Assembly: GCA_964430885.1 (NCBI GenBank)
Contig: CAYSHM010000003.1
Span: 96,001-160,000 of the forward strand
From: an uncultured archaeon
GTDB lineage: Archaea; Thermoplasmatota; Penumbrarchaeia; JASLWR01
Direction: 5' to 3'
DNA length: 64,000 bases
Positions 19,116-27,383 of the stretch are shown piece by piece. The notes below the pieces were generated by a model. It worked only from the letters and a program-made list of their open reading frames with translations, had not been told where the DNA came from and made no database searches. Both the position numbers and the translations under genes were made by a program. How positions within the stretch are numbered: position 1 is the first letter of the stretch; every line of letters begins with the position of its first letter.

Positions 19116-22100
19116 CTACAAGTCTCCAAAAACCGAATCCAGATCATAAGGAGGTTTGTGACGGGGAGTAGCAGGTTCATTTTCCGGAGTTTCTTCTTCA
19201 TCATTTATCGGTTCTGAAACCTCGTTATACTCTTCAAATGATGCCAAGGTTACCATCCCGCCGCAGCCCGGACAGCGGCCTGCTCTCATAACGCAATCCT
19301 TGTGGGAGGTGAAACCGCATTTACATTCCGAATAGCTATCACCAGCACTCATTCTTCCGAAACAAATTCTGCATTTTTTAGGGATTTCTGCTTCAAGCAA
19401 TTGGATCCTTGCAATTTTCCCCTGTTCAGGTATTTCTGGCGGTGCTTCCGGCAACGCAGGCCGATCCTGCGGAGGAGGTACTGCAGATGCCATATCCGGC
19501 AATGATATATTGGGGACCGAAGGGCTATATTCTGCAGTTGATAATAGCACGCCTGATGCGGGAAGATCCGGGGCAGCTGCAGGGGGTTCATCAGGAGGTG
19601 GAGGGAGTTCACCCTCGTCCTCTCCCATACCCTGAGCTGCGGGCAGTTCAGGTATATCAAGGATCTCGGCTGGCCTCACCTCAGGGGAAGAAGGAACTTC
19701 CGAATCAAAACTAGGTTCTCCAAACGGTTCAATATTTTCAGGTCCTGCAGAAACATCTGCTTGTTCATTGTTTTCTTCTGCCGGTTCATTCAGGTCCGCC
19801 ATGTTGTCAGGATAACTATCGCTCCCCAGTTTCAATACCATCTTGGATGAATCATCCTGTTCATAGTCTGCAGGTTGCGGTACTATATCATCAAAATACG
19901 CTATATCCTCATTGTTGTATTCAGAAGCTGCAGAAGGAGGAGAATCGTTCTTATCCTCGGTTTCACCTATAAACATGGTGTCCCCATAGAGATCGCTCGT
20001 GGAGCTCTTCTGGATTTCAGGTTCCTTATCGGTTCCCATATCATCCATTGAATCGTCAATAGCATCATCTGCAGGATCCTTTTTTCTCAGTCGAATAACA
20101 ATGAAAATCACCACGGCTAAAATAACCATGACAATCAGTCCGATTATAATATAAAGAAGCATATCGCGGTTACCGGATGAATCTTCACCATCCTCATCAA
20201 TTGGGCGGATGGAATTTATTGAGAAATAGAAAAACCTTTGACCGCCGGGATAAGCGGCCTTGAGACTTACATTATAGACATCTAGAGCTGCATTCTCGCT
20301 AACACTGAATACTAGAGGAACCGTGATATTGCTTCCGGCTCCCACCGTAGTGTTCTTTGGAGCATCAACATAAACAAAGGTAGAACCTCCCTTTGTGAGT
20401 GTGACCTGCCTGTTGATGTCCCCTATATTCATAATTGTCAGATAAATTGTCACTTCAGATCCCAATTCGATATCTGCAGCTTTCCGGTCCAACTGGAATT
20501 CCAGAATATCCGGTTCCGGCATAGGCATTTCTATCTTGAAATTCCATGTTCCCGATATACATATTCCGGTAACACCATCAGCAACCGGAACTACTTTCCA
20601 GTAATATGTTGTGTTGTCGACAAGACCTGTAAGGTTGTAAAAGGTTTCATAAACGGTCTCAATAAGATTAAGGGAATCAAGGGAGGTACCAACAAAAATC
20701 CGATAGACATGAGTGGTATTAGCAGCGGGAAGGGAAAACCAGCTCAATGTGACATTAAGCATATCTACTGCCGATCCGTTTACAGGATACAAAAGCAGCG
20801 CTTCAGAGGGATCCGCAGACCCATTCAGAGTAAATGTCCAGTAGGGAACTTCGCACCATCCGATACTGTCCAGATCCCTAGGTATGATTTTCCACTTGTA
20901 TTCCACGCCAATATCGAGGCCTGAAATAGTCACATTGAAACCTGTTATATTTGAACTGAATTTCTCTAAGGGAAGGGATTCACCGAGATAGAGATCGCAC
21001 CTAATATCTTCCGGTAAATTATCCGCATCGATCACAAACCAATTCAATGTCACTTCGTCACCCTCGATCAAACTTCCATCCTGGGGAGTTATAAGAAAGG
21101 AAAAAGGAGGAGAATTAAAATCATTGACTATCACTGGAACCGTGAGATTCCCGCTCCGGATCACTGGGTTAGAGGTTTCATAGGCTGAAATATTGAGAAC
21201 GGTAACTCCATACCAATCGCCCTCGGCAGAGACCTTTATACTGTAATTATCAATAAGTTCCGCGGTAATGTTCTCATTCCCCGGTATAATTGTGAAATTC
21301 AGTGTGCTGTTCTCGGAATCAAATATATAATCCATCAAGCTCCAATTCACCGAAATTGCTGAACCCTCCAAAAGACCAATGGAAGGTGGCATCCCAATCC
21401 ATACAGGGGCATCAGGCAGGTCCATGATAATGATATTGAAAGGATTTGATGAGGCGGTCCTGTTAAAATAATTGGTACAGTTCACAACTACACTAATATT
21501 ACCTGTAAAATTTTCAGCTAGATAGGTTATATCCAAGAATGAGCCGTTCAGGCTAATTGTGGCATTCGAATTATCAGATATGTTTTCCAAGGAAAATGAA
21601 AGATTCCCGAATTGAGCATATTGGTTCAAAAAGTGGTCCGCCAAGTCAATCAAACCTTCAACCGGGGTCTCCTCAAGCACCTGTACGTCATTTATCTCGG
21701 AGGTGATGGCAGGGGGCATTATCGGGGTCCAATTAATGCCCCAATCCAATATCTCAGGGTTCTTATCATTGTATGACACCATTTCTCCGATTATCACAAG
21801 GGAGCTATGATCAAGAGGATTCACTGAAGAAAGGTCCTGAATTACTTCAGCTGATCGGGAGGTGTCGTTCAGGATCATTTCTCCAGTATTACCGTCGAGA
21901 AGGGTAATATTGGCGTAGATCAGCTGGGGCAGGGGAAACTCCCTATGACACACCAAAGAGTTCCAGGTCATATTCTCCGGAAGAACTACAGGTTCCGATA
22001 TGAAGGTGGTATTATCATGGTACAATCTTTGAGAGAATAACTCATAATGATCGGATATATCTGCATCCGATAAAGCCCTGTTGAATATCAGTATCTCATC

Positions 22101-23882
22101 CATACTTCCGTTCAGGAGCGCAGTTTCCTGGGGGTCGCAGCCGAGGTAAACAGGATTTGCAGTTGTTGTCAGAACTCCGGGGGCATTTTCCGTTGAAACT
22201 TCCTGACCGTCAATATAGCACCGGACATGAGTACCGTTCCAGACGGATGCCAGATGGTACCACTGATCCACGGCCGGCATCCACATATATTCGAGCATCC
22301 CGCCGTACCAGGACCCGCCTAGTTTTATTCTCATGTGGAATGTATTGCCGCCTCCTGAATTCTGTCTTTCAAAATAGAACTCATCCTCCTTTGATACTAT
22401 GACGCATTCCGTTCGGTTCTCCCATTTGACCCAGGCCTCTATTGTCAGGGCGCCTGTATCATAATCGGCCAGCTGGTTGCATACTGCATGGTCGTCCACA
22501 CCGTCCAGGTGAAGGGCGCTATCCCTTACCCCATTGACGTGAACGGTATCTTCTGTATTCTTCAAATGGGCAAATCCGCTTTCGGAACTGTAATCTCTAG
22601 CCAATCCGCCCTTCCTCTCGCTTAGTTTCCAGTAACCCACACACGATGAGTCTGGCTTGAAATCAGTTTCAGATATGGAAACACTGCCCCCGGTAACATT
22701 TATATGGTTATCATAGGCCATGAAAATTTCCATTGATCTGCGGGGTATGGAGGACAATCTCACATCATCGATGATCCCTTCGAAGTAGCCGCCATTATCT
22801 GGACCCATGCCGCCCAAGTAAACATTTCCATGGGATTGAAGATCAACAACCGTATTTATTGAATCAACCTCAGAGCCGTCAATAAAAAGCCTGTAGGTTA
22901 TATCTTCCTTCACGGCAGCCACATAATGCCATCCCTTGTCATATGGATCAGGGGAGGACACGATTGTCTCATTATTCGGACCCCACAACTCGAACTTATC
23001 GGAGCTTTTATTGAAGCCCAAACACCAACCATCACCGCCTTGAGAGACGATACTCTGGTTTCCCGAACCGTTATCCGGTATGAAAACAAAGGCTTCGATT
23101 GTGAAATCATCCACAAGGTCAATGTTCGGCCCGCATACAGCATAGTCATCAAATCCATCGAACCAAAGTCCATTATCAGTCCATCCGCGTACCCATGATG
23201 TATGGTTCATATTGTATAGACGGCCGTTGTTCTCATTCCAGCTGAGATCCGAGGTAGAATTGCCCATGCCTTCAATAAAACTCCACTGTCCCATAATGTG
23301 GATATCCGATGCATAGGGATAAATAAGACCGCTGTCCCCTGTAAAACTATCCATCCAGGATGTATTGGAAACATATTCCACTCCCCAGCTTTTCAGAACT
23401 GGTGAAATACTGCCGTTTCCGACTAGTTCAGCCACAAGCAGAATGGATTCTTCTGTGATATTGGTAATATCTATATTGCGGTCCTTGAGAGCCCCGAATC
23501 CTGGTATTGTATCATTGGTCGCATTCCTTACAGACAACAAGATCGAGGTTTCCTCGGATTCAATTTTAAGAAGTGAAAGTAATGACCATCTGTGATCTGA
23601 CGGTAAGTTGATCACAGGCGAAACCACAAAACCCGGTTCTGCGATACCATCCCCTCCAAAATCATCGAACCACGAACCTCCCATACCTTCATGGAAATTT
23701 GCAGCGCGTGAACGGGCAGCAGGATTTAAAAACGAAGGGTCGGCCTTCTCTTCGAAGGTATTATCCGCATTCTCAGGATCGCTTTTAAGATGATCTGTTT
23801 TCAAGTCCTTTTCAACAATATATAATGGAAACATTGATACGGTCAATAATAATATGATGATAATATAGGATGTGATTTTCAT
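19116..23882 (-). CDS. Large single-pass surface protein: two LamG domains, cadherin/Fn3-like repeats, TM, acidic/Pro-rich cytoplasmic tail with RING-like zinc finger
   Basis: Signal peptide; FDGFDDY..FTIEAF..WHYVA..GIIDDVR and LDGVDDH..TIEAWV..WYHLA..GSMDEI; YKWKIIP and YYWKVVP; TM LLYIIIGLIVMVILAVVIFIVI; CRIC..CKC..H..C..CPGC. Confidence 0.88.
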   Translation of the reverse strand: MKITSYIIIILLLTVSMFPLYIVEKDLKTDHLKSDPENADNTFEEKADPSFLNPAARSRAANFHEGMGGSWFDDFGGDGIAEPGFVVSPVINLPSDHRWSLLSLLKIESEETSILLSVRNATNDTIPGFGALKDRNIDITNITEESILLVAELVGNGSISPVLKSWGVEYVSNTSWMDSFTGDSGLIYPYASDIHIMGQWSFIEGMGNSTSDLSWNENNGRLYNMNHTSWVRGWTDNGLWFDGFDDYAVCGPNIDLVDDFTIEAFVFIPDNGSGNQSIVSQGGDGWCLGFNKSSDKFELWGPNNETIVSSPDPYDKGWHYVAAVKEDITYRLFIDGSEVDSINTVVDLQSHGNVYLGGMGPDNGGYFEGIIDDVRLSSIPRRSMEIFMAYDNHINVTGGSVSISETDFKPDSSCVGYWKLSERKGGLARDYSSESGFAHLKNTEDTVHVNGVRDSALHLDGVDDHAVCNQLADYDTGALTIEAWVKWENRTECVIVSKEDEFYFERQNSGGGNTFHMRIKLGGSWYGGMLEYMWMPAVDQWYHLASVWNGTHVRCYIDGQEVSTENAPGVLTTTANPVYLGCDPQETALLNGSMDEILIFNRALSDADISDHYELFSQRLYHDNTTFISEPVVLPENMTWNSLVCHREFPLPQLIYANITLLDGNTGEMILNDTSRSAEVIQDLSSVNPLDHSSLVIIGEMVSYNDKNPEILDWGINWTPIMPPAITSEINDVQVLEETPVEGLIDLADHFLNQYAQFGNLSFSLENISDNSNATISLNGSFLDITYLAENFTGNISVVVNCTNYFNRTASSNPFNIIIMDLPDAPVWIGMPPSIGLLEGSAISVNWSLMDYIFDSENSTLNFTIIPGNENITAELIDNYSIKVSAEGDWYGVTVLNISAYETSNPVIRSGNLTVPVIVNDFNSPPFSFLITPQDGSLIEGDEVTLNWFVIDADNLPEDIRCDLYLGESLPLEKFSSNITGFNVTISGLDIGVEYKWKIIPRDLDSIGWCEVPYWTFTLNGSADPSEALLLYPVNGSAVDMLNVTLSWFSLPAANTTHVYRIFVGTSLDSLNLIETVYETFYNLTGLVDNTTYYWKVVPVADGVTGICISGTWNFKIEMPMPEPDILEFQLDRKAADIELGSEVTIYLTIMNIGDINRQVTLTKGGSTFVYVDAPKNTTVGAGSNITVPLVFSVSENAALDVYNVSLKAAYPGGQRFFYFSINSIRPIDEDGEDSSGNRDMLLYIIIGLIVMVILAVVIFIVIRLRKKDPADDAIDDSMDDMGTDKEPEIQKSSTSDLYGDTMFIGETEDKNDSPPSAASEYNNEDIAYFDDIVPQPADYEQDDSSKMVLKLGSDSYPDNMADLNEPAEENNEQADVSAGPENIEPFGEPSFDSEVPSSPEVRPAEILDIPELPAAQGMGEDEGELPPPPDEPPAAAPDLPASGVLLSTAEYSPSVPNISLPDMASAVPPPQDRPALPEAPPEIPEQGKIARIQLLEAEIPKKCRICFGRMSAGDSYSECKCGFTSHKDCVMRAGRCPGCGGMVTLASFEEYNEVSEPINDEEETPENEPATPRHKPPYDLDSVFGDL

Positions 23883-24419
23883 AACAAAACCCTCTATTTT
23901 AATCCAATAATGAAATATTATTCTAAAATAAATCTGATATATATGGTTTACATTGTTTGAAATATATAAAATAATTATCTTCATTTCACTATAGAATCAG
24001 TTATTGGCTTATACTTAATTCAAAACAAAATAAATCCTCCCTCTTGGTACGCTAAAACACAGAACCAATCTTAAAAAACCATGAGCTAAATAAATTGCAC
24101 CCATAGGAAAACCATTCCCGCCCTCTGGATATGTTCGCAAGTCACCAACAGGGTTCTCCAATTCGGATCTTGTTAACTTGGAGGTCATCTAGTTATACAA
24201 CATATTCGGGGCCCTTTCATGCATAACTAAACAGAAGCCCAATTCAATTAACTTTCATTAATTATAACCTACAAATTTGTACAATTAATTTCTACATTAT
24301 TTTTTCACTAAGACCCAATATACGCGTCCGGAAATTTGGAACTGCTGTACCTTCCATTGACCTGAACATAATGGAACTTAGAATGAATTTTACTCTATGC
24401 TGAAATGATTTATCCAAGC

Positions 24420-24890
24420 TTAAATGAAAAGGTTTACAGTTCCCTCGTCGGCTTCTCCCAGATAGGTTGCCACACCTGCATATTCCAGCCCAGTTATGAG
24501 TTCCTTTTTCTGGATCCCCATAACATCCATGGACATTGTACAGGCTATGAACTTGACACCCATCTCCTTGGCGGATACCATCAGTTCCTGAAGGGCCATA
24601 ACATTCTTCTTCTTCATTATACTCTTCATCATTCCGGTACCCATTCCAGCCATATGCATCTTGGACAGTTTGGCCCTATTAGGCCCTCTAGGCATCATCC
24701 AGCCAAACATACGCTCCATGAAGGTCTTCTTAACCTTTACTTTCTTGTGCTTGCGAAGAAGATTCAAACCCCAGAAGGTGAAGAACATCGTTACCTCGTT
24801 ACCCATGGCCGCTGCGCCGTTAGCTATTATCATCGATGCCATTGCCTTGTCTAGATCTCCACTGAAAACTATCAATGTATTCTTAGTCAT
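24420..24890 (-). CDS. DsrE2/DrsE_2-family sulfur carrier protein
   Basis: VFSGDLDKA, MFFTFWGL, IACTMSMDVMG and AGVATYL. Confidence 0.92.
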   Translation of the reverse strand: MTKNTLIVFSGDLDKAMASMIIANGAAAMGNEVTMFFTFWGLNLLRKHKKVKVKKTFMERMFGWMMPRGPNRAKLSKMHMAGMGTGMMKSIMKKKNVMALQELMVSAKEMGVKFIACTMSMDVMGIQKKELITGLEYAGVATYLGEADEGTVNLFI

Positions 24891-24907
24891 TGAAACACCA
24901 CATGTTT

Positions 24908-25132
24908 TTATGCTTTCTTGATGGTCGCCGTGTAGGCAGGTCCCTTTGTGCCTTGCTTGACCAATTGATTCCCCGTCTTCTTACACCAGGCCCGAATATC
25001 CTTAACAAAGCCTTTATCTGTCGCTTCTACCTGTATAATATCACCCTTTGCCGCCTTGTTGACGGTCTTGAACACCTGTACAATGGGACCGGGGCACTGC
25101 ATGCCCTTTGCGTCTATCTTGTGTGTTGCCAT
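24908..25132 (-). CDS. tusA: Sulfurtransferase TusA family protein
   Basis: DAKGMQCPGP and ATDKGFVKDIRAWC. Confidence 0.93.
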   Translation of the reverse strand: MATHKIDAKGMQCPGPIVQVFKTVNKAAKGDIIQVEATDKGFVKDIRAWCKKTGNQLVKQGTKGPAYTATIKKA

Positions 25133-25210
25133 ACCTTACATCTCCTGATTTCTATTTCCAATTGCTTATTAACTGCGTAAATTTTGAATTCGAATTGATT
25201 GATTGAGGAG

Positions 25211-26881
25211 CTATTCCGACTCAAAGGGCCAGGCCTTCATTCCACCCTCCAAAACCGAAAGGTTCCCGAACCCCATATGCTTCAATCGAAGGAAACTCTC
25301 GTACGCCCGCCTTCCCACATTGCACAGGATTACTACCTCTTTATCCTTCAAAGCCTCAAGTTCAAGCAGCCGCCCCTCAAAATCGGTCATGGAAATGTTC
25401 AGAGAACCTGGGATCGTGCTTATCATGTACTCGGGTATCTCCCGGACATCCAAGATCACACCGTTCCAATTCGGACCCTTCATCTTTCCATGCAGTTCCC
25501 AGGGATTTATACTTTGGAGCTTCCCCTTGAGCTTGTTGGAAAGCACGGTAGCTGCCAGGTTCAGGGGATTTATAGCCGAGGAATAAGGCGGTGAATAGGC
25601 AAAATCCATCTTGGCAAGATCATCAGCCTTGGCCTTTAATGTAATGGAAGCTACTAGAGCGTCCAAAGGTTTATCCACGCATCCCTCACCGAATATCTGC
25701 CCGCCCAATATTCCCCTGGATTCGGCGTCTGCCACCAATTTTATGAATATCTTCTCGGCACCGGGATAATAATGAGCCCGGTCATCCGCTGGCACCAGTA
25801 CTGAGACCACATCGTATCCTGCCTTGTTTGCCTCTTCCTCGCTCATACCGGTTTTTCCCACACCCATATCGAAAATCTTTACTATTGAAGTACCGAGAAC
25901 ACCTGGGAAATGATCCGTCTCTCCGGACAATGTCATAGCCGTAGCCCTTCCCTGTTTATTCGCGGTGGATCCCATGGGCACCCATACCTCATCTCCCGAT
26001 ATGCAGTGCTTTGTGGTTGCACAGTCTCCAGCTGCAAATATTTCGTCAATATTCGTGGTACCGTCAGGTTGCACACAGATGGCTCCACCTGTGCCGCATT
26101 TGATGCCAATATCGTCACATAGATCAGTATTTGGTCTTACCCCTATACTAACCAGAACTGCGTCGGCCTCTACGACACCCTTGTCTGTCATCACCCTTGT
26201 TACCCATCCATCCTCCCCTTCAAAGGCCTTTACACAGGTTGAAGTCATGATGTTCAAACCCATCTCCGCAGCATGGTTCTCTATGAAAATTGATATCTCA
26301 GGATCGAAAAGTGGAATAATTCTGGGAAGCATCTCTATGACCGTAACATCAACACCCTGCTCCTTCAGGTTCTCGGCGGTCTCCATACCAATATACCCGG
26401 CACCAACAATGGTTACTTTTTTAACCTCATCGGACACAATCCGTTTTTTGATCCTTACAGCATCAGGGACGTTCCGGAGGGTATAAACACCATCCAGTTC
26501 AATTCCTGGCAATGGAGGTAAAAAGGCCCTAGCTCCAGTAGCCAATACTAATTTCCGATATCCAAATTGTTTCATTTCTCCATTCTCGATAAGCTCCACT
26601 TCAACGACCTTATCCTGGGGCTTAATCTCAACTACCTTATGCCCGGTGAATATATCCAGATTCCGAGAGGCACTGAGTTCCTCCGGGGTGTTCACAAGAA
26701 GCTGTCTCTGAGTGGTTATCACATCACCGATATAATAAGGGAGGCCGCATCCTGCATAGGATATGTGTTCATCATCAGTAAGCACAGCTATTGACCAATC
26801 CTGCCTTTCACGCCTGGTTTTGGCTGCAACCTTCGTTCCGGCAGCAACTCCGCCGATAACTACCACATCGTATCTATTCAT
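25211..26881 (-). CDS. cdr: CoA-disulfide/persulfide reductase with C-terminal rhodanese domain
   Basis: GGVAAG, redox Cys in SYAGCGLPY, GAGYIG, AAGDC and FAYSPPYS; rhodanese DVRE..LCNVGRRA..LEGG. Confidence 0.92.
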   Translation of the reverse strand: MNRYDVVVIGGVAAGTKVAAKTRRERQDWSIAVLTDDEHISYAGCGLPYYIGDVITTQRQLLVNTPEELSASRNLDIFTGHKVVEIKPQDKVVEVELIENGEMKQFGYRKLVLATGARAFLPPLPGIELDGVYTLRNVPDAVRIKKRIVSDEVKKVTIVGAGYIGMETAENLKEQGVDVTVIEMLPRIIPLFDPEISIFIENHAAEMGLNIMTSTCVKAFEGEDGWVTRVMTDKGVVEADAVLVSIGVRPNTDLCDDIGIKCGTGGAICVQPDGTTNIDEIFAAGDCATTKHCISGDEVWVPMGSTANKQGRATAMTLSGETDHFPGVLGTSIVKIFDMGVGKTGMSEEEANKAGYDVVSVLVPADDRAHYYPGAEKIFIKLVADAESRGILGGQIFGEGCVDKPLDALVASITLKAKADDLAKMDFAYSPPYSSAINPLNLAATVLSNKLKGKLQSINPWELHGKMKGPNWNGVILDVREIPEYMISTIPGSLNISMTDFEGRLLELEALKDKEVVILCNVGRRAYESFLRLKHMGFGNLSVLEGGMKAWPFESE

Positions 26882-26939
26882 TCGTTCTCACCAATCCAAT
26901 CTGATACTATTCAAAGTCGATTTCCAATCGATAATATTG

Positions 26940-27233
26940 CTATTTATGGCATTTCTCAATACATCTCAGAATACCGCATACGTTCTGGTCCCTTACCCGA
27001 TATTTGTGAACATTCCCTTCCTTGACATAATCCACTATCCTCTGGTTCCTCATGGCCTGAAGGTGCTGTGAGACAGTTGCCTGGGGTATCTTCAGGAACT
27101 CCTGGATCTCTGAAACAGAATGGGGGCCATTTTCCATGAGAGACAGTATCCTCAGCCTCACGGGATGGGACAGCACCCTGAACCTTTGGGACACATCGTC
27201 GAGAAATTTATCCTTCATGTAACATACTTTCAT
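26940..27233 (-). CDS. ArsR/SmtB-family transcriptional repressor (probable persulfide sensor)
   Basis: LSHPVRLRIL..SVSEI..QATVSQHL..Y and C-terminal Cys residues; first gene of the sulfur operon. The start is uncertain (27218, 27233 or 27254). Confidence 0.88.
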   Translation of the reverse strand: MKVCYMKDKFLDDVSQRFRVLSHPVRLRILSLMENGPHSVSEIQEFLKIPQATVSQHLQAMRNQRIVDYVKEGNVHKYRVRDQNVCGILRCIEKCHK

Positions 27234-27253
27234 GCTATCGGAATAGCACATCA

Positions 27254-27279
27254 ATATTCGAATATATAAATATTAATAT
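27254..27279 (-). promoter_or_regulatory. TATA box with overlapping palindromes; candidate ArsR operator
   Basis: Perfect palindromes ATATTCGAATAT (27254-27265) and ATATTAATAT (27270-27279) overlap minus-strand TTTATATA, about 30 nt upstream of the arsR ATG. Confidence 0.45.
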
Positions 27280-27383
27280 ATAGTTTACAGAAATCTGTTT
27301 TTTTCGATATAAAATGAAAGATCAAATCCCCCTCAAAACGCTGTGTTCAGCTTTCAGTGAAGATGCCTTGTTTGAGGAGGATT

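Noticed and set aside
23890-24415. Structured ncRNA or tRNA in the longest intergenic gaps (also 29910-30290 and 5610-5960)
   Set aside because: I could recognise no cloverleaf, T-loop consensus, long hairpin or repeat by eye; an Infernal/Rfam scan would be needed to exclude one.
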